NCBI GenBank assembly: GCA_023213395.1
Contig: CM041465.1
Coordinates: 112,909,741-112,973,740, forward strand
Length of the DNA: 64,000 bases
Direction: 5' to 3'
From: Cycas panzhihuaensis
Lineage: Eukaryota > Plantae > Cycadophyta
The position numbers and the translations under genes are program-made. This document shows, piece after piece, positions 40,600 to 54,522 of this stretch (its first letter is position 1; every line of letters starts with the position of its first letter). The notes below the pieces were generated by a model. That model saw only the letters and a list, made by a program, of their open reading frames with translations, was not told the origin of the DNA and did not search any database.

Positions 40600-43500
40600 T
40601 GGGATGTGATTATCCCATGCTTGCTCACATATATAATTAATAATGAAAAGATAAGTAAGGAAATACAATACTTTTATTATTAATAGAAACCAATTATAGA
40701 AGTGAAATACACTAGGGACTACTTATGGATATAAAAGAGAATTGAAAATTACTAAAGTACTAATCTCTAAGGAGAAAATAATTACACAATAATCTTCCTT
40801 TACGATCTATTGCCTTTAAATAAATAAAAGAGAGCCTTCTTTTTGTGATCTTATTGATGCGTCATACAACCTTCAACTTTATTTATGGTACTAATTACCC
40901 ATATATAAAAGTGAATAATTAGCACTTAACCCCATAGTACCTTAACCATGAGTACTAGTATCCTCATTCCATTGTATGTGGTCATGTAACTAGTCCTCTC
41001 TCTTGAGATGCCAAGTCTTTGAAGAAAAGGAGATGTAGGTGCTACTTAACAAAATCTATTGATTCCCAAGTTATCTCATTTAGTTCATAGCTAGCTCATT
41101 ATACTAAATACTTAATAATTATCCTATACTTTAAACAATGTTGTTTGCTAGCTAAGATACATTTTGGGGGAATATTAAGAGTTTGTTCTTTATCTAGGAT
41201 GGGCAAAACTATTTATTGAGTCATTCCCTTATTAAGATATTTCTTGAGGTAGGAAACATGGAAAACATTATGAATCTTGGTATTGGATGGGAGTTTCAAA
41301 GTATAGGCTACTTCACCAATATATCAAAGGACTTTATAAGAGTTATAGCAGTGAGGACTAAGCTTTTAATTTCTATAATATTTAACAAATTCTTATTTAT
41401 ATGGTTAAGGATATAAGAACATAAAATCACCATTATCAAAGGAGTGATGTAGATAGTGCTGGTTTATTAGCTGCTTTATTTGATTCTAGGCTACAACTAA
41501 ATATTACTTAAAGGTGTTTAGAATTTGATAAATATATTATAGTTTTTATTGTACAATGATGGTGTGAATGTTATTTGCTAGTATATGGTGAGATTTGGTG
41601 GGTAACCATAAAGAGCCATGAATGAAGACATCCCTATAACTAAGTGGTAAGAGAAAGTATTTCTAATATTTTGCCTAGGGTAGCCATGATGACCATCTTA
41701 TCTAGTGTTTAGAAGTATAACATTATATTTTCTTAGTGTTTTATTAAGAATTTTTAATTAGCTATCTATTTAGAGGTGATAAGCTAAACTTATATTGAAT
41801 GATGTCACTGAGACTTAGAAGAGCTCTTGCTAAAAGGAGATGGTGAACATTAGATCTTAATCACACACCATGGTTAACAAAATTCCATATAAATAAAATA
41901 TCATTCATAGGTATATATTTATAATACATAAATCTTTATATGAAGTGTAGACTAGAAAAAGCTATATATATTTTATCAAGTAATCAATGACTACTAATAT
42001 GAAGTTATACATGGAAGATAGAAGGAGACCTATAATGAAGTCCATGATAATATCTTATAATTTCCCTTGTAAAATATGAAGTGCTTGTAATAAACCTAGT
42101 TAGGATTTAGTGTTGACCTTATTATACTAACACATATCAAATTTTAAAATAAATATTAAAAAGGATGAGTTCATATATGGCCAAAGGATATTAGGATAAA
42201 TTTATTAGTAGGTTTTATCAAATTTAGAATGGCCTTCTAATGGAGTAGACTGGTATACTACTAAGATTTAAGAATAAAGTTAGAGGCTAGATGGATGAAT
42301 ATGTAGTTTCTACATAGAAGGAGATTGTTTTATATGGACCAACCTTATTAAGTGTAAACTTTGTTAACTTATTTTTCATAATGTAGCAAAGATTTGTTTC
42401 TTTGAGCTAGGTCTTATACTTATATACAATGGGATGAGGAGATGGTATGAATGGAGGATTCATATGAAAGAATGTTAGATGAGTTAGTTATGAGGTAGGA
42501 AATTATATTTACCACTACATTATCTTAGCCTTTCTTATAATGTAATTATTTAATTAAAATCTTAGAGGTGTTTAACCTATTTAACCTATTCTTTAGATAG
42601 AATTGATTATTATGATAGGTGATGGAGGCTATGGTGATTGGTTAAGATCATGAACTTTGATCCAATGAGATATTATCATCATTTCTTGATAGCATGGAGA
42701 ATGGCCTTCATTTATTTTTAGAAGTTTGATAACCTATAATTATGGTCTTTAAACTTTTGACCTTCAAAAGTAATGGGGTATCAATTTTCTATAAGGACTA
42801 CACCCAAGCCAAAACTTGATACATCATATTCTAGTTGGAATGGTTAAGAGAAGTCTAGTGTGGCCAAGACAAGGGTAGAAAATATAACTTCTTTAACATG
42901 AATAAAGGCATCATTTATAATGGGTGACCATTATAAAGAATCTTTCTAGAGTAGATTGATTAATAATATTGTTAAGGTTGCATAATTTTGAATAAACCAC
43001 CTATAGAATCCTATGAGTCCTAAGAAAGCTTGTAATTAGGTAAGGTTTCTTGGGGTTGGCTAGTTTATAATAACCACTTTCTTATAAGGGTCAACTAGAA
43101 CATCTTTGGTGGAGATACTATGACCAAGGTATTATAGTTTAGGCGTACTAAACATATACTTAGAGAGATTTGTGTATAATTGGTATTTAGGCAACATTTT
43201 TAAGATTATCTCTAAATGGTGAGTACGAATGGACATGCCCATGCTATAGATGAAAATATGATGAAAGAAAATAATAATAAATTTCCTAAGGTATGGAGAA
43301 AACACCTTATTTATTAGGAATTAAAATGTTAGGGTATTACACAAGTTAAAAGGCATGATGTAAATTTTATAATAGTTTCGGTATGTTTGGAAGGTCATTT
43401 TATATCAATCTTTATGCATAATTAGGATTTAATTGTATCTAAATTGGAGATCTAACTTAGTAAAGAATATGGCATTGTGAATCCCATCTAATTTTTCATT

Positions 43501-46500
43501 GATTCTTGGAGTAGGAAACTTCTTTTTAATGTCTATTTTATTAAGTTCATGATAATCAAACCAAAATCTAAATGAGCCATACTTTCTTTAAACTAACACA
43601 ATAGAAGTAGAATGTGGGTTTTTGCTACTTTGAATTATCTCCATTTCCATTATCTCATTAGTAATTTTTTTAATTTTATTACTTTATATATAGTAATTTC
43701 TATAAGTTCAAAGGTTGATAATATCATGGAGATTTTTTAGCTTAATGATGTGATAACATCCATAATCCGATGGGGAGCTAGCTAGTAGGAAGGTAAAAAT
43801 AGCTTGATATTTATTAAAAATTTATTAGATATCTAAGTAATTATCTGTATGAACTTGGATGTTGTTAATACATACAATATAACATACTTGGTTTCTTAGT
43901 TATTTCCTCATTTGGTTTAGTGAAATTAGTTTATTAATGGGAGGTTGTATTCTATGGAGTTTATGGGCTTTTGTGCTATATATACCTAAGGTTTAGAGCC
44001 GTTAGACTCTAAGACTAGAATCTAATCCACCAATAGACAAGGTATAAAAATCAAAGGCTAACCTATAAGTACCATTTTAGATGGTAAGGTTTTTAATTAT
44101 TCTAGTATAATGAATTTTATAATGGTGAAATAGGGAATATATGAATCTAATTTTTGGGATAATATAAAGATTTAATTACGTAGCAAAGAAAATATCAATT
44201 AAGTCTAATGACACACCACCATTGATTAGCATAGTAATTAGTATTTCTTAAGTATTCCTTTGATGAGTAGTGGTTTGGGGCATGAAGAGGATGGTACTAC
44301 AGATGAGGAGACTTTTATTTCTAAAATCGAGGGAGGTTTTGAATGAGATTCTTTATTAAATTTATGTCCTAAATTAGATTTTTCTTCTAAGGATATACTA
44401 AGATATATTTTGAAGATTATTTTCTTGGCTTTGAAAACTTTACTTTATCTAGGGGTCCACCTTTTTAAGAATTATACATAGAGTCTAACTATAATACATA
44501 TGCATATATTGGTGGGACTTGAATTAGCTTACTTATGGGTTTTATCAAAGGTTATTGTATAATAGGTCCATATGAATCATTTGCTTGGAGTCAATCTCAT
44601 AGGAATTTAACCTATCATGGTCGTTAATGCTATGTAGAATCCCACTAAAAAAAGATGTTCTTTCCATTGTGAATTCTATCTTAACTACTTTGTCCATTTA
44701 TATTATATCCTTGAGATTTAAAATTTCTATGGTTTTTAGGAACTTTTGGATACACTCTTTTAATCCTATGATATAAATGTAAATCTAGATTTATTTTCTT
44801 AATCTTTGGGTGGTATGATTCTATAGGCTTTAGAATTCAATTATATCGGCTTTAACTAAGGATGCCTGCTTCAATCTTATAAGCTCATTGAGGAAAGATT
44901 GGTTCTAAGTTTCTTTATATTGATAAGAAAAATAGGTAGAGAAGTTTCTCCATGTCCTATTTGATGGGTATTCCTTTTGCCACCAATGAGGCCAATGATG
45001 TGCTCAAGATTCCATATGAATATAGGAAAATGTTTGTTCTTACTCATTAGTCATTAGGTTAAGAGGGAAGTAGGATTTAAGTTTACTTATCCATGTATGT
45101 ACATCCTATCTATTTAAATCCTAATCAAAGGTAGGGATATTGATATTATGGTGAAGTTACAACTAGTGTGGAGGAGGGCTACCTGACTTTTGTGTGATAG
45201 GCAAGTTACCTATAGACTAAGAGTTTGATTATGATGATTGTGTTTCCATTTAAGATATTTAGTTTAGTATTGCAATGATGCCTAACTTAGACGCTAGAGA
45301 AGATATGTTAACTTTTACTTCTTTCTGAAAATCTAAGAATTGAGTTTCTAATGAAGAGATTTATTTTGATTGAGATACAAAAGCCATCATATATAATGAA
45401 TGGGATTATAAGAAGTGGTACATAAGTAAGAAAAGAGGATATAAAGAAACAAGATGAGTAAGATAGAAGAGAATTTACCAAATCAAGGCTAGATAAATGG
45501 AACAGGCTTATAGAAGTAGGGATTATAACTTCAAGGAAAGAGAGGGGGAAAGGGCAGTGTTTACATGTTGTTAACTCTAAAAATATATTATAAAATCACT
45601 TGTTATATTGGAACAAGTGGAAAGTACCCATTAAAATAGTATAGGTGAGATTTAAGTGAAAATATTTTACTTGTGGAGCCAACGAGTGCCATTCGAGTGA
45701 TTTTATTCAAAAGTGACAGTTAAAACTAGCATATTACAAAATGAACAACATGATACATAGATCAAAATAATATACATAAATGATGAAGTAAATTTTTTAG
45801 TGATGGACTCCTTTTTTCTCTTCTTTTCTAATTTTCATTGGAAGTCTAATAGTATAGGTTTGGTTAGAAATAAAGAATTATTTAATGAAGTGACCCTGCA
45901 AACTCCTCTTTCTCTCTCTTAGAGTCAACTAAAAGTGGGGGATGGACTCAAATTATGCTAAATTTAGAATTTTGGTTACAGGATAAGCTAGGAATAATTA
46001 AAGGTATAGTGCTTTATAGATTGATAATGTATTACTATTACTAAGATTCAAAATTTCTAACTTTAGGTGGTATTATTTTTATAGGTTTAACCCATATGTC
46101 CTTAAATATTAAGAATCCTTAAGAGTTTATATTAATAAGTATAACATTCTTAATAATTATTGATTTTTTTAAAAATGAAATACAATAGTATGAGGGATTT
46201 TGCAATGAATACTTTTATTAAGGAGGATGCAGAGATGAATAGAGGGAGCATACCAAACACTAGCATAGGATTTTTTGGCTCTATAGGCCCTTTAATAAAC
46301 TTCATTATTAATACTATTACTCAACACAATATCTCATGGCACTACTTATAGAGGAATACACATCTTTGTATGATTAACAGTCGTGTAGGGGTATTCATGA
46401 AGGGTAACTTTCAAGTATTAACTACTAATTTGTGTATCGCAAAGGGATAAATAGTCAATAGGTTTCCTATTTTAGTTTGATACAGGGAACCTATAGGGGT

Positions 46501-47137
46501 CCTCCAATATACCTAAAGGTACATAGAGGCTTGATTTCTTAGTTGAGTTCTATTTGAAGCTTGCATAAGTATTGTTATACCACTTTACTTCACACACAAG
46601 ATTATGGCCATGCATGCTTAACTCAATAATAATAAATCTTTCTAATATTTAAAAACCCCTGGCATAGGGTCCCTACTTAACCACTAGGGAAAATGGGAGG
46701 AAATGGGTGGGACTTATTGCCTTCTTATAGCTTAACAAATTTATAATAAAATTTGATAGAATGTTAAGATGAAATAAAATTATAAAGAATGGTTTACAGT
46801 GATATAATAAGGAAGAAAATAAATTTCCCTCTTCTTTATCTTCCTTCAAGTTTATTGATTCTATTAGATTTAGAGTCAAACTCTTATACTACTTGGAATA
46901 TGATTAAGCCACTTTTACTCACACACAAAATTAATAATGGAAATATAAATATAATAATGTAATACTTTTATTATCAATGGAAACCAATTACAAAAGTAAA
47001 GTATATCAAGAGAGCATATGGATATAAAAGAGAAATAAAGAATACCAAAGTATTAATTTCTCAAGAGAAAATAATTGCATAAAAACCTTCTTTTATAATC
47101 TATGATCTTTAAATAGATAAAAGAGTACCTTTCCCCT
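40600..47137 (-). mobile_element. Older chromovirus (Reina-like, Gypsy-G); 5' LTR interrupted by Tat-2
   Basis: 3' LTR ~40600-40991 aligns with 46894-47137; decayed Met PBS near 46880-46891; PPT near 40994-41005. Confidence 0.88.
41020..45390 (-). pseudogene. Gypsy-G gag-pol with chromodomain, heavily decayed
   Basis: Chromodomain KYLV**ASYELNEITWE near 41060-41115; integrase MDFIIGL near 42035; RT near 43000-43700; protease LINGGVSLDLI near 44215. Confidence 0.88.
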
Positions 47138-47822
47138 TGTTTCCTAGGCATTATGAATGGATTGGGACACCATCGCATAGGTATGATTAGGTATATATCC
47201 TATCTCTTACACCATATCACATTCTAAGTATATGATGTCAGTATGGTTGTTTGAGTGCTTGATTGATTTGATTGGTCAGCTTGCCTATGTATGACATCTT
47301 ACCTCTAATGGTTAGGACTCTAGTCCAATGGCATGATAAATCCCATGTGATCTCCCTCATAGCTATATGTACTCATGGGCGTTTATATCCTGACTTACAC
47401 ACACCTTGATTTACTTCATTGCATCTACCCCTTCTTCTCCCCACTTTATCTATCCCTCAATCCATCTAAGGTAGTTTATTAGGAATCTTAGTAGATAGAT
47501 GCACCCCATTGCTTGTCCATTATGAGATTTCTCCATGCACCTTATTAGGGTTTACTATGTAGCCTCCATCTATACACTAGCACATTGGTTGTCGCCATCT
47601 TCATGAGGTTCTAATCCCATTGAATGACTTTATCATGCATGTTTTCCAAGTTGTTAGCATATAGGATGGCCCTAGGTTAATATATAGACCTCTAGGGAGG
47701 AGTTCTAAGCCTCTGCCAGAGCTTGCTCCTTTCTTCTTACCCTTTTCATTATTTATTTTTATTATTTTATGACTCTATTGCTACCTTACAGTCATTTATG
47801 TCTGCCCTACTCTGATTATTAT

Positions 47823-47882
47823 ACACTGCTAATATGTTAGTGGTACCGCTAATATATTAGCAATGCCATAAATAAGTTCATA
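47823..47882. promoter_or_regulatory. Three phased 20-bp palindromic units in the LTR U3; regulatory role inferred
   Basis: ACACTGCTAATATGTTAGTG / GTACCGCTAATATATTAGCA / ATGCCATAAATAAGTTCATA; GCTAATATATTAGC is a perfect palindrome. Confidence 0.6.
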
Positions 47883-48484
47883 ATATAATAGTTATATCGT
47901 TAAGCCACAACTAGTTCTGGTAATTATGACTAGATGACACATTATCTTGCCTTGGGACCTACCTAGATCAGGCCCTAATGACCCTAACACCTTCCCAAAC
48001 AAACAAAAAGCTAAATTTAAATTCATTTAGGGCATCAATCATCACCAATCATCAATTTTTGGTAGGAAATAAGCTCTTTTTAGGCTCCTTATCTTAATTT
48101 CATTTCTCTAACTCTCTTCCACTCTTCCCTACACACATAATTTGTAGGTTTCTTCCATAGCAAGAGAGAAAACAACCCAAGAGTAAGCCAAGAGAAGCAA
48201 TGTGGACTTTTCAAGAAACCTAACAACAAAAGAACTCCTTCCTTCTTCCATAAAATATAGTATTTCTCTTCTCCAAAGTTTCACTTCACCTAAAGCTACC
48301 AATCTTGTATGGTAAATCTATTTTTTCTAATTTTTCCTTGTAAGAATCTCTTTTTTGATGATTGGTACCTTACTAATTTTAGGTGTGCAACCCTTGATCT
48401 ATGGTTTAGATTGATTCCATTCTGATTTTCCAACATTTTTCACCTAAAATAAAGAGGCAACACCTCCTTTTCATTACTCTATTC

Positions 48485-48504
48485 ACATATATGTATGTAT
48501 GTAC

Positions 48505-48573
<69 letters not shown>

Positions 48574-48596
48574 CATATATATATATGTATATATAT

Positions 48597-48678
<82 letters not shown>

Positions 48679-48701
48679 GTATATACATATATATATGTAT
48701 G

Positions 48702-48791
<90 letters not shown>

Positions 48792-48811
48792 TATGTATAT
48801 ATCTATACATA

Positions 48812-48846
<35 letters not shown>

Positions 48847-48853
48847 GTATACA

Positions 48854-48908
<55 letters not shown>

Positions 48909-48940
48909 ATGTATATAGATATATATATATATATACATAT
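48485..48940. repeat. ~455-bp compound (TA)n/(CA)n/(TG)n microsatellite inside the Tat-2 LTR
   Basis: Directly visible. Confidence 0.98.
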
Positions 48941-50343
48941 CTTGCTTATGGGAAGACTTGTTTCTTTTGTGCTACAAGTTGGAGACTGCTTTTGCGAATC
49001 AAAGCGACATATTGCAACAAGGTAACATTCGACCTATTTCATGTTTTCTGTTTCCACTTTGTTTCCATTCCTTTCTTGCATTGTTTCTCGATTGGGGATA
49101 GTAAGTAAGCCCCATTTGAAGGTTACGGGAAGGTAAGGAAGCCCCTCCCTCCAACTCCAACAACGTTTATGGTAAGTGACATAAACAAAGGTGTCAGCAA
49201 CTCGTGGGGGCACATTGCAAGGAGTGATAACAAGAGGTACGATGAAATGTGGCACCAAATGTCATAAGATGGTGCACTCTTTCTCTCCCATTCCACCTTT
49301 TGGTTTCATAAAATTAAGAGAAAAGAAAGAAAGAATCAATAGTTTCTTTTTTGAATGTTTTCTTTAAGCGTATGTTGTAAAAGGGAGGAGAGAGTAAGGA
49401 GCATACTCTTTTGCATATATTTTAGTAAACATTTATTAGATTCTTCATTACCTAAAGGAAGCTAATCCTCCTCCTAGCAAAGAGGAGGTATCCTCACGCA
49501 AAGCAACACCTTGTGTTGCACCTTTTCCTTTCCTCCTTCCATATTTTTAGCCCTCATTGCATTCATTTATAGGCAAAAGAGAGTGGAGGGATAAAAAAGG
49601 AAAAAGTTGTATATTCATTTTACATATTTATTTTAGTCTTTTACATGTTTTATTTCTTTGGTAGTAGCCATATTTATATGAGATTGAAACATCACCTTAA
49701 ACTTGTATAAATAAGACTAAACCACATCTTACAACATAATGAGCATAAACTAATAAGACCTTCCTGTTCTTTTTGAAAACCCAAAAAGAGCTTGCAAGCC
49801 TAATCACCATAAAGTATTAGTGACCATCCTCCACTCTCCTTTCTGTTACACACCAGCACCATCTCGTTCCACTTAATTTCTAAGAAGAATTTATTACTTG
49901 CTTACTTCTTAGATGGTGGCAATATTCTCTCCTTCTAGGAGACTTAGCACTCAAAACTCTGCCCCCTTTTTGACAAACTTCTAGACTTCGAGTAGGCTTG
50001 TTAAAATCGCCTGTCATCTTGCTACCACTTCTCTCCTTCTTCACTTGCCTCCTTTTATAAAAGGAGGTCTAGCTCCTCTTCTCTCCCTCTAAGGATAGGA
50101 TAGCTCTCCCTAGGCTATTTAGTTACATAAAGATGCCTCATTATCTAATTAAAACCACAGAAGTTATATAAGAGGAAGGGAAGGATAAATGCACTCTTTG
50201 CAGGTCCTTGAACCTATGTTCCAACATGTAGACACCCTTTGAGGGTGATCTATCCTTTCTTTAAGACATCTAGACCCTTTTGTAGCCTTACTATTCATCT
50301 AGAATGCCTCATCCATAGTGACCCCATAGAGGCACACCTTTAT

Positions 50344-50362
50344 TGGTGACCATACTAGGGAC
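50344..50362 (+). other. Primer binding site of Tat-2
   Basis: TGGTGACCATACTAGGGAC just after the LTR end; resembles the TGGCGAC...CTGGGGA PBS of Ogre/Tat elements. Confidence 0.75.
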
Positions 50363-51304
50363 TGCCAGTAAGGGGAAACTATACCTCCCTTTGTGTTAAT
50401 GTTAACCTTCTTCTTTTCTTCCCATACCTCCTAGGTTTGTTGGGAAACCCCCAATTCCTCCATCACTTTATTTTTCCTTATTTCTTCTATGATTTTAGAA
50501 AAGATGTGAAATTGACATTTCTCTTATCACTTGCGAGGTCTTCCCCCTATTTTGGAAGGGTCTTCATATTCCTACATCCCCTCATATGATTCTGAGTTAA
50601 CAATGGAGGGATACCCATCGGAGTGGCCATATAATACCTATATTTTTAAAACCCAAGCTTAAATTTCAACTTCCCTTTAAGATCCTACCCAAGAGGGCAA
50701 TGATTCTATCTTCTACCCAGGTGACTAAGAGCACCCAAACTATCACTAGTTTCTAACATATGACTTAGGTGCATCCACCTCTATGGAGTACTATCACCCC
50801 AGTGATAGTTCCTGTGAGGACCAACCTACAGGTACTTTCCCACATGAGGAGCCTTGCACCTCATAGAAGTAAGCGAGAACCCCTCCCACAGATGTAGTAG
50901 ATGCATTGTAATAATGATTTTAAGCTACAAGTGCCCGGCTACCTCTGAAGTGGCTGGAAAGCATCCTTCATAGTATGGCACCATCCTCTTCCACATCTAC
51001 ACCTTTTAGTTCATCTCAACCCTCTTCCATGGCCATGATAGGACCTACTCCTATAGTTTCTTCTTCCTTGTATGCCCCTTATGTCCAAGGGGCTCTTCAG
51101 GGTACACTCATGTCCTAAATTGGGTTGAGCATACCCCTCTCAAATCAAGCAACCATTCCTCAACTAATCATGCTCTATGCCTCTCCCACATGACCCAGGG
51201 GACCTTCATATCCCCAATATTTAGGCCATGTAGAACCCATCCTCATGCATCCTCATCTATAATTAGTGGACCCTTCTCTTTACATGCCTCCAGGGTATAT
51301 GTCT

Positions 51305-54300
51305 TGGAAGGCTGCCTCTGGGGGGTCACTAAGGATAAGGATATTAAGCCTACACTATCACTATAATAGGGGCTTAAAAGTCCTCGAAGGCAAGGGGAAT
51401 AGGTCACCCACAAAGTGTGCCCATGCATCAGAACACAAGTTTAGAGACCCGTAAATAACGCATAAGACTTTCCCTTTTGGCAAGAACCTTCTTGGGTTCG
51501 AGTTAGGTAAGGGCGTCCTTGGTTTGCCGAGTAGCCTATGGAAGGACTCTCCTATCTTGATAGGTGAAGGAAGGAGAGGAAGGACCAAGGCCCTCTTCTT
51601 AGAAGAGTGGGAGGAGAAGAGGTAGGCCCTAATGGGGTAGCGACCTATAGAACAAGAGAGAGAAATGATTTATTGAAAGATGTAAAATAGGATTTGGTAC
51701 GTGGAGACCAAATTTGAGGAGCAAGATTGATGGTGTGTTTTGCCAAAGATCACGTAAAGGGAATGCCTCTAGGGTTTAGGCTAAACAAAGCAAGTTGACT
51801 AATTACACTAAGGGGTTTGGGTAGTGTTTTAGTCTTGTTTAAAGATAGTGTGGAGATACAAGATATTAATGCCAAATAAATGTAACTCAAAAGGATACTC
51901 TCTCTCTCTCTTTTTATCCTCTTTCTCTTTTATCTTTGTTAATGAAAGATTAAAAAGAGAGAAATGTGATGTAAAGAAGAGAAAGAGTATGAATGACCTA
52001 TGTAACCTTTCGTAATAGTGCATGTAAGGAGGATATCTATCAAAAACCAAAATTCTCCTTTCTAATCATACCCTTATACCCATACATACAAAGTGAATGC
52101 AAAAGGAGGATATAGTAAGGAAAAGAAGAACCTTTATATCACTTTTCCTTTAAGGGGAGGAATGAGAGATGCACTAGTTCAAGTTACCCTCTTTTGTGCT
52201 TATACAAGAGGGAAGGGGAGACAAGGTCTATGCACACTAATGTAAAGGTTAAGAGTGAAAATATACAGATGCTCATTTTTTCTTTTCCTTTGATGAATGC
52301 AAGTGCATAAGTAAATGATTATAAGCTACATGCAAATGTAACTAATTTCCTTTTTGGGAGGAAGGGGGGAAGAAAAGAATAAAGAAGAACAGGAAGGTTG
52401 GAAGGGGTGTACCTAGAAATGAGCCAATCAATGGAGTTCCTCTCTTTTCCATTCTTTGTCTTCCTTTCACTAGTCACCTTACACTCCAATCTACAATTGG
52501 AATTATGGATGAAACTATAGGTGGGTCTTCCTTACCTTCCTTGAAATGTATTATAAAAGAGTAAAGAACTTTTAAAGGGAAGCTTTAAAGGAAAATAAAT
52601 ATAAATGAGACATACGTACCTTTCAACATGGCCTAGCTTCCTCAAAGTAGGTAGAGTTTTTGTGTGAACAAACCCTTTCAATTAATAAGCAATAGCATAC
52701 ATATGCAGGTGCATATGGATGTAGGTGTATGTACATATGCTTGTTAAAATGAACTCTAAACTTGATTAATATTTCGAAAGAAAATACATAATACACTTCA
52801 CTATCTTCCTGCTATATGCTCAAATGTTTCAAAGAAATATCTGGGAAAAGTAGGGGCTTGAAGGTGAGAAAATGAGAGCTCAAACAAGCTACCTCTTGCA
52901 TGTTCGAGTACTCTAAGAAATAGGTTAAGAGAGGATTTAAGGCTCCAAGCAAACAAAGATAAGACAACTTATAGGAATCAAGAAGTTGCAAAGTTGTAAG
53001 AGGCATAAATGTTGCAAAAGTTGTAATGTTACAACTTTTATAAGATATGCAAGAGAAATGTAGAACTTATGAAATAACAAATCATAGGAAGAAATTTACC
53101 ACCAAATAGCATGTATGAAGGTTGATATCAAGGGTTACAAATGCTACAATCAATAGAGGCCCAAGGAGTTTCTTGGTGTAGGATGGATACAGAGTAGGAA
53201 AACTAAGAGAGGTAAGGGGTTGCCTTGAAGGATATAGTTGTAGGGGTTGGAACCCTAGCCATTAACTCCTCTTCTCCCTTTCAAGAGAGTCCCACAATCC
53301 ACTTAACTATGTCCAAGGAAATCCTAAGGGATATGGAGGTGTAATCGAAGGAGAAAGGAAGGGTTTACCTTCTTTTAAACACCCATAGAGATAAAATATA
53401 TGTAAAACTTGCAACAAATAGAATTATTGACCAAATATGCCTACTAAAGGAAAGGAACAATAAGAAATAAACCTATTTGCAGCCACAAAATTAAAGAAAA
53501 ATAGATGTTACCTTATATACAAATGAAAAGAGATGAGGATCTTGCTTGCTACATGAAGAAGGGCTCCATTAGAGGTGAGAATGAGACTGAAAACCTTGTA
53601 AAACATGTTGATGCTACTGAAGTAAGCACAATAGATGAAAGATCTATTAGAGGAGGTCTGGTTCAAACCTATGTTCTAGGGTTTCACCCTTAGAGAAGAG
53701 AAGAATAAGAAGAGAGATCAGAAGTATAGGTAGGAGGCATTTTTTCCTTTCGTATAAGAGTCAAGAGAGCTAAAATAAACTTAGACTTGGGTTTTTATGT
53801 CTAAATTAGGTTTCCTAAGTGATTAGGGTTCACTCTAGGTAGGAAACAACATCCTGCCATGTATCGATTTTGTCATAAATGTGAAACTAGTCATTGTCAA
53901 GCTGCAGAAGTCAATAGACATTTGCCCTACAATAAACTTCGTGATACCACAAAGTTTAGCATGGTACCAAAAATATTACTACAGTGTGAACAAAATATAA
54001 AGAAAAATAAAAGGGGGGCTTAAGGGACCCCTAAGAGAAGAGTCCTAGGACACAACAGAGAGCTATATTGGACTGGTAAGGCTTTCAAAGGACTTCTAGG
54101 CATAGGTGGGGCCTCCTAATATGTAAAAGAGGGTAATAAAAGCCCCAACAAGGGATGAATGGCATATACAAAGGTGATCGAGCCTAAAATGAGGTGCTAG
54201 AGATCATGTATAATGCCAATAATGAACAAAAAGTAGGCTAGGAGGGCCCATGGGTACCTGAGAGTGTTGAGGAGGTATTATGAGGGGCTATACGGTGCCA

Positions 54301-54522
54301 TAGGACCATGGTCTTGAGTCATCATAGGCTAGATCATAATCATAGGCACGAAAATGGGTAGGCAAACTAGGCATCTCAACCAAGTATACAACAATGTCAT
54401 ATAGAATGTAACCATCAAGCATCTCATCATATCCTAAAGTAAACGAGGAGTAATGATAGAGATGTATACCTGTGCCTACCTAAGAGGTGCTATCCATGTC
54501 CATTCTTGGTGGCCGGGAAACA
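51305..54522 (-). mobile_element. Inverted solo LTR of the Tat family inserted in Tat-2 gag
   Basis: rc starts TGTTTCCCGG and ends GAGGCAGCCTTCCA; flanks TGTCT/CATCC are both derivable from CGTCC; gag frame is restored on removal. Confidence 0.85.
53924..53983. promoter_or_regulatory. Degenerate 20-bp unit array in the solo LTR U3
   Basis: GCCCTACAATAAACTTCGTG / ATACCACAAAGTTTAGCATG / GTACCAAAATATTACTACAG at the orthologous position. Confidence 0.5.

Larger units (their letters stand above)
47138..50342 (+). repeat. 3.2-kb 5' LTR of Tat-2
   Basis: Starts TGTTTCCTAGG and ends GAGGCACACCTTTA; homologous to the other two Tat LTRs. Confidence 0.85.

Noticed and set aside
48406-49108. Long YI/YM/HT-repeat ORFs (also 18916-19316)
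   Set aside because: Translation artefacts of stop-free dinucleotide microsatellites in all frames
47138-54522. DNA transposon with giant terminal inverted repeats
   Set aside because: The arms are LTRs: PBS follows one, PPT precedes the third copy, and the gag frame is restored when the second arm is removed
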